DNA from: Nitrospinota bacterium
GTDB lineage: Bacteria > Nitrospinota_A > UBA7883
Direction of reading: 5' to 3'
DNA length: 64,000 nt
Assembly (NCBI GenBank): GCA_029881335.1
Contig: JAOUMU010000002.1
Coordinates: 1-64,000 of the forward strand
The notes under the pieces are model-generated. The model was given only the letters and a program-made list of their open reading frames with translations, was not told the DNA's origin and did not search any database. The position numbers were made by a program, and so were the translations under genes. Positions 54,717-64,000 of the stretch are shown in pieces. Every line of letters begins with the position of its first letter. Position 1 is the stretch's first letter.

Positions 54717-56786
54717 ATGCCCAGCGCCGAGAACATATTATTAGCCACATTCCGTTGCTCCAGGCACGGAATGATTCTGGTTCGCCTGGACCAGCGGCTT
54801 GTGCAAGTAAATTCCAAATTCTGCGGGCTTCTGGGTTACCAGGAGAACGAATTGCTGGAAAGGCCGCTTGCCGAATTCACTTACCCCGAGGACGCCATTC
54901 TGGCCCAGAAGCTTTTCGACAATGTGGCTAACGGGCGAATGAAGCGATTCGAGATTGTTTTGCGCCTTGTTAACGAGAGGGGGGAGAACCTGCTGAGTCA
55001 TCTAACCGCCCATTCTGTATTGGACGCCTCGGGGAAACCTGGGCTTTGCGCCATCGCCGTGGAGGACATTACCGAAAAAGATAAAGCGGAAGATAAGCTG
55101 AGGATCGCGGCGAAAATATATGAAAGCTCCGAGGAGGGGGTGGTGGTCACCGACAGGGAGGGGATTATCCAGTTTGTAAATCCCGCCTTCACCATGATAA
55201 CCGGCTACTCCCCTGAGGAAGCGTTAGGCAAAAATCCGAACATACTCAAGTCCGGAAGGCACACCCAGGAGTTTTACGAGCTGATGTGGGGCTCCCTGAA
55301 CACAGAGGGTAAGTGGGAGGGGGAGATATGGAACCGAAGTAAGAACGGCGAAGCTTATCTGGAGCGCTTGAGAATAACCTCCATTAGGGACGCCGCCGGC
55401 AGGACAACCCATTACACAGCCATTTTCAGCGACCTTACCCAGATCCGGGATACTGAGGAAAAGATCCGCTATCAGGCATATCACGACATCCTTACCGGAC
55501 TGCCCAACAGATCCTTGTATTTCGACCGTGTTCGACAGGCCATCACCCGGGCCCAGAGGGGGGGGAAGAAGCTGGGGGTGATGTTTCTTGACCTGGACGA
55601 CTTCAAGAAAATTAATGACAGGCTGAGCCATTCGGCCGGCGATCTGATGCTGCAGGGTGTGGCCACCAGGCTGGTAGGTTGCTTGCGGGATACAGACACT
55701 GTTGCGCGAATCGGCGGCGACGAGTTCACAATCCTACTAGAAGATGTGGACGGCGAGAAACAGTCCTCCGTGGTGGCAGGGAAAATCATGAGATCCATTT
55801 CGGAACCTTATTTTTATAATTCAGAAGAGCTCTTCGTCTCCGCCAGCCTCGGGATAGCCATCTACCCCGCCGATGGCGCTAGCGTGGAGGATTTGACAAA
55901 GAACGCCGATATCGCCATGTATCACGCCAAGGACTTGGGGAAAAACAATTTCCAGTTTTTCACCGAGTCGATGAATCAGAAAGTGGTCAAACGGCTGGAA
56001 GTGGAGACCAACCTGCGAAAGGCGCTGGACAAGGATGAGATGTTCGCATGCTACCAGCCAAAGGTGGACCTGAAGACGGGGCGAATTGTGGGGATGGAGG
56101 CGCTGATCCGCTGGCGCCGGGATGGGCTGGACATTGTGCTGCCCAACGAGTTCATCCCCCTGGCCGAGGAGACGGGGCTTATCCTGGGACTGGACGAGTG
56201 GATGCTGGGGAAAGCATGCGCCTTCAACAGGAGAATCCATGATGGAGGGGACGAGGAGTTCTCCGTGGCGGTGAACGTGGCGGTGAACGTATCCGCCAAG
56301 GCCTTTGAAAGCCCCGACCTGGTGAAAAGTATCCAGGATGTGGTGGCCCTTTCCGGCCTGTCTCCACGCTACATCGAGCTGGAAGTGACCGAAAGCTCCA
56401 TTATCCGCAACATGGATCAGGCGGTGACCGTCTTATGCAGGTTGCGCGAGATTGGATTTAATATTTCCATGGACGATTTCGGCACCGGCTACTCGTCACT
56501 AAGCTACCTGGCCAAGCTTCCCATAAACATCCTGAAGATCGACAGATCATTCATCGTCGACCTGGTTTCCAATCCAAAATCACGGTCCATCGCAAAGGCG
56601 ATTGTCTCCATGTCCCACGAAATGGATATCAAGGTGGTGGCGGAGGGAGTGGAGAAGGCGGAACAGCTCGAATACCTTCGTGGCATAGGTTGCGACGAGG
56701 TGCAGGGATACCTGTTCTGCCGCCCGCTGCTGGAAAACGATATGGAAGACCTGATCAAGAGCAGGGTGCAGTACCAGAGCCACTGA
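54717..56786 (+). CDS. PAS/PAC-PAS-GGDEF-EAL c-di-GMP turnover protein
   Basis: Two PAS domains are followed by a GGDEF domain (RIGGDEF) and an EAL domain (EALIRW...DDFGTGYSS). Confidence 0.9.
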   Translation: MPSAENILLATFRCSRHGMILVRLDQRLVQVNSKFCGLLGYQENELLERPLAEFTYPEDAILAQKLFDNVANGRMKRFEIVLRLVNERGENLLSHLTAHSVLDASGKPGLCAIAVEDITEKDKAEDKLRIAAKIYESSEEGVVVTDREGIIQFVNPAFTMITGYSPEEALGKNPNILKSGRHTQEFYELMWGSLNTEGKWEGEIWNRSKNGEAYLERLRITSIRDAAGRTTHYTAIFSDLTQIRDTEEKIRYQAYHDILTGLPNRSLYFDRVRQAITRAQRGGKKLGVMFLDLDDFKKINDRLSHSAGDLMLQGVATRLVGCLRDTDTVARIGGDEFTILLEDVDGEKQSSVVAGKIMRSISEPYFYNSEELFVSASLGIAIYPADGASVEDLTKNADIAMYHAKDLGKNNFQFFTESMNQKVVKRLEVETNLRKALDKDEMFACYQPKVDLKTGRIVGMEALIRWRRDGLDIVLPNEFIPLAEETGLILGLDEWMLGKACAFNRRIHDGGDEEFSVAVNVAVNVSAKAFESPDLVKSIQDVVALSGLSPRYIELEVTESSIIRNMDQAVTVLCRLREIGFNISMDDFGTGYSSLSYLAKLPINILKIDRSFIVDLVSNPKSRSIAKAIVSMSHEMDIKVVAEGVEKAEQLEYLRGIGCDEVQGYLFCRPLLENDMEDLIKSRVQYQSH

Positions 56787-56953
56787 TAATCCGCTACTCG
56801 TCATGCGGGGTGGCTGGGCCACCTATACCCGTTGTTTTCCAAAAGCCTCATATCCTGTACAATCTTGCGGTAACATCGCTTGCGATGATATCGCCTGCGA
56901 TAACATTGTGGGCAATTACCAAAAGTTAACATAGGCTCAGGAGAGTTTTAGAT

Positions 56954-58720
56954 ATGACCGACATCCACGCCGCGCGTCACTCTGCGGCCCACGTCATGGC
57001 GGAGGCCATACAGCAGCTCCATCCCGGCGCCCAGTTTGCCTACGGCCCGGAGACGGACGATGGCTTCTACTACGATGTCAAGATACCGGAAGGCTCCATC
57101 ACCGAGGAAGACCTGCCGAAGATCGAGAAGATCATGAAGAAGATCGTCAAGGCTCGCCACAAGTTCACCATGGAGGCGGTCCCCCGCAAACAGGCCATAG
57201 AGCTTTTCGCCGGGCAGAAATACAAAGTCCTGACTCTGGAGAACCAGCTGGCGGATCAGGAAACCGTGAGTGTCTATCGCCAGGGAACGTTTACTGATCT
57301 GTGCCGGGGCCCCCATGTGGAGCATACCGGCCAGATATCCGCCTTCAAGGTGGACCGTATCGCCGGCAGCTACTGGCTGGGGGACTCAAAGAATGAGCCG
57401 CTGCAGAGGGTGTATGGTCTCTGCTTTTCCACCAAAGAGGAGCTGCTGGAACACGTCACCCGCGTCGAGGAGGCGAAGAAACGGGACCATCGGCTGATCA
57501 GCAAACAGCTGAAGCTTTTTTCATGGCACGACGAAGGGCCAGGATTCCCCTTCATGTTGCCCCATGGCCGGGTGCTGTTCAATCTGCTGATAGACTACAA
57601 CCGCGCCCAGAACAACAGGCGCGGATATGTGGAGATTCACACTCCCCAGATGTTGGTAGAGGATCTGTGGGCCACCTCTGGCCATACAGGATACTACCGG
57701 GAGAACATGTACTTTTCCAAGGTGGACGACCGGCAGTTCGCCATCAAGCCGATGAATTGCCCCGGCGGGATATTGGTTTATAAGGAAGACCGCCGATCCT
57801 ACCGAGAGCTGCCGCTGCGGGTGGCGGAGTTCGGCCTGGTTCACCGACATGAGCTCTCCGGCGTGCTGCATGGGCTTTTCAGAGCGCGCGCATTCACCCA
57901 GGATGACGCGCATATCTACTGCGCCCTGGAGGATATGGAGAAGGAAATCCAGGACGTGGTGGCCCTCACGCTGGAAACCTACCGCGACTTCGGATTCGAC
58001 GAGTATGTGATATACGTCGCCACCCGGCCGGAGAAAGCTATCGGCGAACCGGAAGTGTGGGACCGAGCCACGGAAATACTTAAGCGCGCCCTGGCGCACC
58101 AGGGGCTGGAGTATAAGATCAAGGAAGGGGAGGGAGCCTTCTATGGACCGAAGATCGAGTTCAATGTCAAAGACTCCATCGGCCGCCAATGGCAGCTGGG
58201 TACGGCGCAACTGGACTTCTTTCTGCCAGAGAGGTTTGGCATGGAATATATCGGCCACGACAGCGCCACTCACACTCCGGTGATGCTTCATCGCGCCATC
58301 TTCGGTTCGCTGGAGCGGTTCATCGGCATATTGATTGAGAACACAATGGGCGCCTTCCCCCCATGGTTGGCGCCTTTGCAGGCGGTGGTTCTGCCGATCA
58401 CCGACGACCAGAACGACTACGCCATAGCCACTGCGAAAAAGATGCGGGAAGCGGGATTGCGCGCCGAGGCGGACGTATCCTCGGAACGGTTGCAGAAGAA
58501 GATTCGCAACGCCCAATTGTTGAAGATACCACACATGCTTGTGGCCGGTGGGCGGGAGGCGGAGGCGGGCGCCGTGGCGGTTCGCCTGCGCACCGGGGAG
58601 GATCTGGGAGCCATGCCGCTGGAGGATTACATAGCCGGAGCCACATCGCAAGTGGCGGCGCGGTCTTGGGACCTTTGGAACAAAACGGAAGCAGAGGAGG
58701 AGAATAATGGCCAAGGATAG
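56954..58720 (+). CDS. thrS: threonine--tRNA ligase (short form starting at the editing domain; no N-terminal TGS domain)
   Basis: 588 aa. The N-terminus RHSAAHVMAEA is the HxxxH editing-site motif. Class II aaRS motifs and a C-terminal anticodon-binding domain are present. Confidence 0.9.
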   Translation: MTDIHAARHSAAHVMAEAIQQLHPGAQFAYGPETDDGFYYDVKIPEGSITEEDLPKIEKIMKKIVKARHKFTMEAVPRKQAIELFAGQKYKVLTLENQLADQETVSVYRQGTFTDLCRGPHVEHTGQISAFKVDRIAGSYWLGDSKNEPLQRVYGLCFSTKEELLEHVTRVEEAKKRDHRLISKQLKLFSWHDEGPGFPFMLPHGRVLFNLLIDYNRAQNNRRGYVEIHTPQMLVEDLWATSGHTGYYRENMYFSKVDDRQFAIKPMNCPGGILVYKEDRRSYRELPLRVAEFGLVHRHELSGVLHGLFRARAFTQDDAHIYCALEDMEKEIQDVVALTLETYRDFGFDEYVIYVATRPEKAIGEPEVWDRATEILKRALAHQGLEYKIKEGEGAFYGPKIEFNVKDSIGRQWQLGTAQLDFFLPERFGMEYIGHDSATHTPVMLHRAIFGSLERFIGILIENTMGAFPPWLAPLQAVVLPITDDQNDYAIATAKKMREAGLRAEADVSSERLQKKIRNAQLLKIPHMLVAGGREAEAGAVAVRLRTGEDLGAMPLEDYIAGATSQVAARSWDLWNKTEAEEENNGQG

Positions 58721-59204
58721 TTCGTTTGATATTGTCTCCAAGGTGGAGATGGCGGAGGTGCAAAACGCCGTGAACCAGGCCACGGCGGAGATTAAACAGC
58801 GCTTCGACTTTAAGGGATCGAAAGCGGAAATCGATCTGGACCAGAAGGAGGGATCGTTGACCCTCATGGGGGATTCGGAGCCGCAGCTGAAAACCATAAT
58901 AGACATCCTGCAATCGAAATTCATCAAGCGCAACGTGCCGATAAAGGCGCTGATCTATGGCGACCCGGAGGCGGCGGGAGGGGGCATGAGCCGACAGAAA
59001 ATAACACTGCAGCAGGGGATCCCGATAGAGAAGGCGCGGGAGATAGTGAAACTGGTGAAGCAGATGAAGAACAAGACCCAGGCCTCCATCCAGGATGATC
59101 AGGTGCGGGTTTCCGGGAAAAACAAGGACGACCTGCAAGCCGTGATGGCGATGATCAAGGAGCAGGATTTCGATATCGACATGCAGTTTACGAACTACAG
59201 ATGA
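58707..59204 (+). CDS. yajQ: YajQ-family (UPF0234) nucleotide/c-di-GMP-binding protein
   Basis: 165 aa. MAKDSSFDIVSKV...KQRFDFKGS is the YajQ N-terminal pattern. Confidence 0.85.
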   Translation: MAKDSSFDIVSKVEMAEVQNAVNQATAEIKQRFDFKGSKAEIDLDQKEGSLTLMGDSEPQLKTIIDILQSKFIKRNVPIKALIYGDPEAAGGGMSRQKITLQQGIPIEKAREIVKLVKQMKNKTQASIQDDQVRVSGKNKDDLQAVMAMIKEQDFDIDMQFTNYR

Positions 59205-60019
59205 GCATACCCCTCTTCTGCGTGGACGCCTTCACTAGCCTGCCGTTCAAGGGCAATCCGGCCGCCGTGGCGATCCTGGATAACGAAGCGCCGGAGGAGT
59301 GGATGCAAAATGTGGCCGCGGAGATGAATCTGGCGGAGACAGCGTTTGTGGTCAAGCAGAAGGTGGGGGAATATGGTCTGCGTTGGTTCACTCCCGCCAC
59401 CGAGGTGGACCTGTGCGGCCACGCCACCCTGGCTGCGGCGTATGTGCTGTGGGAAGAGGAGTTGGAGAGATCGAAGACGATAACCTTCCACACCAAAAGC
59501 GGGGCGCTGATTGCCAAACAGGATGGCGAAGCCATCATGGATCGAACCATCGCTATAGACCTGCCGGTGGTGGAGGTTGCGCCCGCTTTGGCGCCTGCCG
59601 GACTGATGGCGGCGATGGGTTTACCAACGGACCTGCCAGTCTACCTGGGTGAGCGATATTGCCTGATCGAACTGGAGAGCGAGGCCGCCGTCCTGGCTGT
59701 GGCGCCGGACTTTTCACAACTTAAAAAAGTGAGCGCATTTGGCGTGATCGTCACCGCCGAGGGTTCAGAGCCAGAGGTGGATTTCGTCTCCCGTTTCTTC
59801 GCTCCGGCGGTGGGGGTAGATGAGGACCCTGTCACCGGCAGCGCCCATTGCCGCCTGGCGCCATACTGGTCCAGGAAGCTGAAGAAGGAAAATCTTTCAG
59901 CCAAACAAATCTCCCGCAGGGGTGGCGAGTTAAATGTCCGCCTGCCCGGTGATGGACGGGTGATCCTGCAAGGTCGGGCGGCGCTGGTGTGGAGAGGCGC
60001 CATCAACACCTCATTCTAA
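59201..60019 (+). CDS. PhzF-family isomerase
   Basis: 272 aa. MSIPLFCVDAFTSLPFKGNPAAV is typical of the PhzF/YHI9 fold. Confidence 0.85.
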   Translation: MSIPLFCVDAFTSLPFKGNPAAVAILDNEAPEEWMQNVAAEMNLAETAFVVKQKVGEYGLRWFTPATEVDLCGHATLAAAYVLWEEELERSKTITFHTKSGALIAKQDGEAIMDRTIAIDLPVVEVAPALAPAGLMAAMGLPTDLPVYLGERYCLIELESEAAVLAVAPDFSQLKKVSAFGVIVTAEGSEPEVDFVSRFFAPAVGVDEDPVTGSAHCRLAPYWSRKLKKENLSAKQISRRGGELNVRLPGDGRVILQGRAALVWRGAINTSF

Positions 60020-60145
60020 ACGAGACGTGGTTTCATAAGTTTCCCCTTTTCTTCTATAGCCATGGACACGGAGAAATCCGGAATGGCGTCCAGACTTGGG
60101 ATTTTTGGCTGCGATCTCCGCCGGTTTTTAAGTTACACTAGGCTC

Positions 60146-61015
60146 ATGAGACCTATCGCATTGACTATCGCGGGGTCCGACTCTGGTGGAGGCGCTGGAA
60201 TCCAGGCGGATCTGGCCACGTTTTTCGCTCACAAGGTATACGGGACCTCTGTCATCACCGCGCTGACGGCGCAGAACACCATGTCCGTGGCCGGTGTCCA
60301 TGCCGTCCCAGCGGAATTCGTGGCCCTGCAGATGCGGACCGTGCTGCAGGACATCCCCGTAAACGCGGCAAAAACCGGTATGCTGTTCAACGCCCTAATT
60401 GTGAGGGCCGTGGCTGAAGAGATCAGCGCCACCGGGCTGACTACGCTGGTTGTGGACCCGGTGATGATCGCGAAGAGCGGCGATTCTCTGTTGCTGGATG
60501 ACGCCGTGGAGACACTGATCGCAGAGCTTTTGCCCCTGGCTTATTGCGTCACCCCGAACATCCCGGAGGCTGAAAGGCTGGCCGGCGTGACCATCCATGG
60601 TGTGGACGACATGAAGAGAGCGGCGGAGAAGATCCTTGCTCTGGGGCCCAGAAACGTGGTGGTGAAGGGGGGCCACATGAGGGGGGAGAAGACGCTGGTG
60701 GATGTGGCGCTGGTGAATGGAATGTTCCACCAGCTAGCGCGGGAGCGCATCGATACACAGAACACTCATGGCACCGGGTGCACATTCTCCGCGGCTATCA
60801 CCGCCGGGATGGCCGGGGGGTTGGATATCTGGTCCGCGGTAGAGAGCGCGTGGGTGTACATCGGCAAGGCGATAGAGAATGCATGGTCCCTGAACGAGGG
60901 GCTCACCCCTGGAAAGGGGCTCACCCCCGGAAAGGGGCTCACCCCCGGAAAGGGGCTAGCTCCTTCGGGCGACAGCCCTGTAAAAAGCCACAGCCCGGTG
61001 GAGCGATTTTTCTAG
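60146..61015 (+). CDS. thiD: hydroxymethylpyrimidine/phosphomethylpyrimidine kinase with a C-terminal (GLTPGK)n repeat extension
   Basis: The start is at [23 protein letters not shown]. The C-terminal extension is encoded by an 18-bp tandem repeat. Confidence 0.88.
   Translation: MRPIALTIAGSDSGGGAGIQADLATFFAHKVYGTSVITALTAQNTMSVAGVHAVPAEFVALQMRTVLQDIPVNAAKTGMLFNALIVRAVAEEISATGLTTLVVDPVMIAKSGDSLLLDDAVETLIAELLPLAYCVTPNIPEAERLAGVTIHGVDDMKRAAEKILALGPRNVVVKGGHMRGEKTLVDVALVNGMFHQLARERIDTQNTHGTGCTFSAAITAGMAGGLDIWSAVESAWVYIGKAIENAWSLNEGLTPGKGLTPGKGLTPGKGLAPSGDSPVKSHSPVERFF
60898..60960 (+). repeat. 18-bp tandem repeat GGGCTCACCCC(T/C)GGAAAG, about 3.4 copies, within the thiD 3' end
   Basis: Read directly; it encodes GLTPGK three times. 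Confidence 0.85.
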
Positions 61016-61037
61016 AGCCTGCGATCCGGGATCAAGT

Positions 61038-61970
61038 TTATTCCACTTTGTCCGGGGTGGACTGTTCCTTTTCCATTTGCATCATGGGGCATTTATCAGT
61101 CCCCTCTTTCATATGCATCATTTGGTGATCGCTTCCCTTGTGCATGGCGGCGCACTTTTCCGGAGTCATGGCGCATTTGCCATCTTTCATCATGGGGCAT
61201 TCATCCTCGCCAGCGTGCATTCCAGGCTTCCCCTTCATCATGATGCAATCGGCCATGCCTTCATGTTCCGCTTTCATGGCTTCATGTTGCGCACGCATAG
61301 CGGGATATTGCGACTGCATGGCTTCACTCTTGCCATGCTCCTCACCAATTGATGGGTGGTTCAGAGGGAAGATTCCTTCCCGTCCGCCAAATTTGGTGGC
61401 CTTGCCCGCCAGTTTTGGAAACCTCTCCTGAGCGTAAGTGGCGTGGCAGTTCATGCACCCCTCACTCAGCCGATAGTAGAGATAGGGGACAACGTTCCAT
61501 TGTTCGGCTTTGGCGGCGCTGGCCAGCATCCCGGAGAAGTCGTGGAAGTCGGTATCCATTTTCACGAATCCCGGCGGCAAAGAGTGGTGTAGCTCCTTCA
61601 TTTGCTCCGGCTTCAGTTTTTTCGCCAGGATAAAGCTCTCTTTCATACGAGTGGCTACATCGGCCACCTTCACCGAATCACCGGAGGCGATGGCGGGAAC
61701 CAGTTCCGTCATCCCCTGCTGAATAAACCGCATCTCCTCGGCCAGCAACGTTTTCAATTCGGGGGAAAGGTTCAGCTTCCCCTCCGGCGCCATGGATTGG
61801 CTCTCGCGGGAATGGCCTTCCGCTGATTGACTCTCGTCGTGGGTTGCCGATGCCGATGGGGCATGATGGGCCATTGCCCCACCGCCGTAGGCATTGTGGT
61901 GGCACCCGGCCATGGAAATGATGGCCGCAGCCAGAGGAGCGAATATGGAGTATCTTGTATTTTTATTCAT
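61038..61970 (-). CDS. lipoprotein class-II cytochrome c (cytochrome c'-like, CxxCH near the C-terminus of the helical domain) with His-rich N-terminal and Met/Cys/His-rich C-terminal repeat regions
   Basis: It has a signal peptide with lipobox ISMAGC and the heme motif CMNCHATY. The tail carries five C(P/A/I)MM-type repeats (CIMMKGK, CPMMKDGK, CAMTPEK, CAAMHKGS, CPMMQMEK). Confidence 0.7.
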   Translation of the reverse strand: MNKNTRYSIFAPLAAAIISMAGCHHNAYGGGAMAHHAPSASATHDESQSAEGHSRESQSMAPEGKLNLSPELKTLLAEEMRFIQQGMTELVPAIASGDSVKVADVATRMKESFILAKKLKPEQMKELHHSLPPGFVKMDTDFHDFSGMLASAAKAEQWNVVPYLYYRLSEGCMNCHATYAQERFPKLAGKATKFGGREGIFPLNHPSIGEEHGKSEAMQSQYPAMRAQHEAMKAEHEGMADCIMMKGKPGMHAGEDECPMMKDGKCAMTPEKCAAMHKGSDHQMMHMKEGTDKCPMMQMEKEQSTPDKVE

Positions 61971-62070
61971 AGGAGTTTTCCTTATCTATATCGACTACTT
62001 GACACAAGGAGAACCTCAACTTTAGCACACCGGAAGACCCATCGCGAGAAAAACCAGGGCCGGATTAAGT

Positions 62071-64000
62071 TCACTCAGCCACCGCAGGCAGCTCAACATA
62101 AAACACGCTTCCATCACCCGGCTTGCTTTCCGCGCGGATGACGCCTCCATGGGCGCTGATGATCTCGTGGCAATAGGCCAATCCCAGGCCTGTTCCCACT
62201 TCTCCTGCGGTGCCTGGCGTTGTTAAGCGCATGTCGATCCGAAAAATATCCTGAAGCAGCCTGTAGTCTATTCCCGTTCCAGTATCCCGCACCGCCACGA
62301 CCCCTTGCTGGATATCGGGCCGGAAGAACGTCACCGTGTCCCCCTTGTGGCAGAACTTTATGGCGTTGGAAAGGAGGTTTGCCAGCACTTCGCCGAAGAG
62401 GTCCGGGTCCACCGAAATTACGAAATCATGTGGCATGTCATTGACAATGGTCACTCCCTTGTCCATGGCCAGAAATTCCAGATCCAGAATATGGGAATTT
62501 GCAAGATGCCACATATCCGTGGGCTTTCTGGAGACACCTATCTTACCGGAGGAGAGCCTGCTGATATTCAATATGTTGTCTACCAGACGTAGCAACCTTT
62601 CCGAAGAAGCAAGGACACGGGTGACGATCTCCTCGTTTATGGCGATAGTGGGGGTGTCCGGATTTTCCAGCTTTAATAACTTTATCATGTTGATCAAGGA
62701 GCCTATGGGAGCGCGCAGGTCGTGGGAAACCATGCCGACGAATTTGTCCTTTAGCTCGGTGGCCTGTTCCGCCTGTTCCTTGGCTTGTGTCAGCTCCACG
62801 GTGCGTTTTTCCACCATCGCCTCCAGGTCGTGCTTCGATTCCGTGAGTACTATTCGTACTTCCTCCTCGGCAAGATCCTTTGCCACCATTTCGATTCTAA
62901 TTTTGTCCGCCAGTGCAAAAGAGAGAAGCAAAGCGTTGAGCGCCATACCCACCTCCATCGAATGGATTGATACAAGGTCCGCTTGGCCATGCCCCAACAG
63001 AGCCAGATTTGTAAACATAATCCCAATAACGGATGACACCCACGCCAGGATGAAATACCTGGCCTCGCGAAACTTATAGAAATATGCCGCCACCCCGATG
63101 AACGTCATGATCCATGGGAAGATTGTCGCGATGACAATGGAGGTGTGGTTGGCTGAATGGTGAGCTCCATTTAGAACACCATACGCCGCCACTGTCAGAA
63201 GAAGCGCTTGAAATCCCGAAAGAAACCGGTTTATCCGTGGCATCCGCTGTGGAGTGTTGAAAAAGACTTTTGTAAAAAAGACTCCCAGAAGCATTGACAA
63301 GTACGCCGCCAGGAATAGCGCCCGGTCCTGAAGCCATGGAGATCCGGGCCATAAATATTGATATGAGTATCCTGTATGGGCGGAAATCATGAAAGCAAGG
63401 CTAGCGATATAAATTACAATATATGCATGGCCTTTATTCCCTAGCAACAGAAACATAAAGATGTCGTACAGAAACACGGCCAGAAGAAGGCCGAACCACA
63501 AGCCGTAGTAGAGGTTCAATCCTTGAATATGGGCGCTTAGGGCGTGCTGGCCCCAGAGCATGAAAGGCGCCTGGAGCGGCTCATCGCCGGTTATCCGGAC
63601 AAACAGCAGGGTCTCTTCGTATGCATTGTTCGATAGAGGGAAAAGAAAGTGCGGGCTGACGATGGGCCGCCGGGCAAACGGATAATTGGCGCCAGCTTTC
63701 ATGCTGGTCCTTTTCCCCTTATCTTGGATCAAATAAACATCAATCGAATCTATCCAGCATGAAAATTGCTGAAGGACCAGATGGTCATGTTTATTGGTAC
63801 TGTTTCTGATGATAGCGCGAAACCAGAAAGCGCTCCTGGAAATCCCGAAATTCGGGATTTCCTGCCCTAATGGAGCGAACCGGTCCCTGTATGGGGGGGC
63901 GATCACATCTTCGAAAGTCAGCTCTCCGGTTTTGTCCTCCAGAACATCCATATGGGGACCCAGCAGATAGCTGGAAGTATTGGCGTCGAGTTCCAGCGCA
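62071..64000 (-). CDS. 7TMR-DISM-type sensor histidine kinase, N-terminally truncated by the window end
   Basis: A 7TMR-DISM extracellular region and seven TM helices are followed by HisKA (MVSHDLRAP) and HATPase_c (DTGTGI, GLGLAYC). The reading frame stays open to position 64000. Confidence 0.85.
   Translation of the reverse strand, partial: ALELDANTSSYLLGPHMDVLEDKTGELTFEDVIAPPYRDRFAPLGQEIPNFGISRSAFWFRAIIRNSTNKHDHLVLQQFSCWIDSIDVYLIQDKGKRTSMKAGANYPFARRPIVSPHFLFPLSNNAYEETLLFVRITGDEPLQAPFMLWGQHALSAHIQGLNLYYGLWFGLLLAVFLYDIFMFLLLGNKGHAYIVIYIASLAFMISAHTGYSYQYLWPGSPWLQDRALFLAAYLSMLLGVFFTKVFFNTPQRMPRINRFLSGFQALLLTVAAYGVLNGAHHSANHTSIVIATIFPWIMTFIGVAAYFYKFREARYFILAWVSSVIGIMFTNLALLGHGQADLVSIHSMEVGMALNALLLSFALADKIRIEMVAKDLAEEEVRIVLTESKHDLEAMVEKRTVELTQAKEQAEQATELKDKFVGMVSHDLRAPIGSLINMIKLLKLENPDTPTIAINEEIVTRVLASSERLLRLVDNILNISRLSSGKIGVSRKPTDMWHLANSHILDLEFLAMDKGVTIVNDMPHDFVISVDPDLFGEVLANLLSNAIKFCHKGDTVTFFRPDIQQGVVAVRDTGTGIDYRLLQDIFRIDMRLTTPGTAGEVGTGLGLAYCHEIISAHGGVIRAESKPGDGSVFYVELPAVAE

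Noticed and set aside
57521-58933. 470-aa minus-strand ORF antisense to thrS
   Set aside because: It lies fully inside the conserved thrS gene. This is a high-GC antisense artefact.
60020-60145. Possible TPP riboswitch upstream of thiD
   Set aside because: No CUGAGA or GGGGUGC-type conserved TPP elements are seen in the leader.
62336-63079. 247-aa plus-strand ORF inside the histidine-kinase gene
   Set aside because: It is antisense to a kinase with complete HisKA/HATPase motifs.

Overview
This is a 64-kb window of a roughly 58-62% GC bacterial chromosome. The lineage cannot be fixed from sequence alone; the split gcvPA/gcvPB genes and the dense c-di-GMP, 7TMR-DISM and HDOD signalling genes are compatible with a deltaproteobacterium-like or related lineage. 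The backbone carries ordinary housekeeping and signalling genes. These include the 5' end of an ArgD-like class-III aminotransferase, a zinc-ribbon Ser/Thr kinase, the gcvT-gcvH-gcvPA-gcvPB operon and eno-ftsB. They also include RNase R, an aldo/keto reductase, an amidohydrolase, an orphan vsr and an MFS transporter. A c-di-GMP signalling group follows: PilZ, HDOD and PAS-GGDEF-EAL. The window closes with thrS, yajQ, phzF, thiD, a class-II cytochrome c lipoprotein and a partial 7TMR-DISM histidine kinase. The standout feature is an approximately 19.5-kb AT-richer genomic island at 25841..45320, integrated into the 3' end of a tRNA-Arg(CCT) gene. It is bounded by a perfect 44-bp direct repeat of the tRNA 3' half (attL/attR). 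It carries a P4-like maintenance module: a tyrosine integrase with a DUF4102 arm-binding domain, an AlpA-type HTH, and a split primase (CHC2 zinc-finger gene plus TOPRIM/DUF3987-like gene). Its cargo is a translationally coupled seven-gene plus-strand operon: Fic, a SNF2 helicase with a degenerate PLD-like N-domain, a DUF4391-like protein, a type III Mod adenine methyltransferase and a type III Res helicase-nuclease. The last two genes are a 71-aa protein and an 840-aa Rad50/RloC-like ABC ATPase with a CPLCG zinc-hook motif. This composite defence locus, and in particular the small-protein plus RloC-like ATPase pair following a helicase-augmented type III R-M, is the best candidate for an under-described system. 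Other notable items follow. A two-gene module (TM-anchored small protein plus roughly 490-aa polytopic GT-C-like membrane protein) is tandemly duplicated. A Sel1-repeat gene is frameshifted in a C5 run. thiD ends in an 18-bp tandem repeat encoding (GLTPGK)3. A class-II cytochrome c lipoprotein carries a Met/Cys/His-rich repeat tail. A transposase N-terminal remnant sits beside the tRNA. A degraded ArsR-like pseudogene lies in a gene-poor stretch. Iteron-like and arm-type repeats occur inside the island. No CRISPR array and no rRNA gene were seen.
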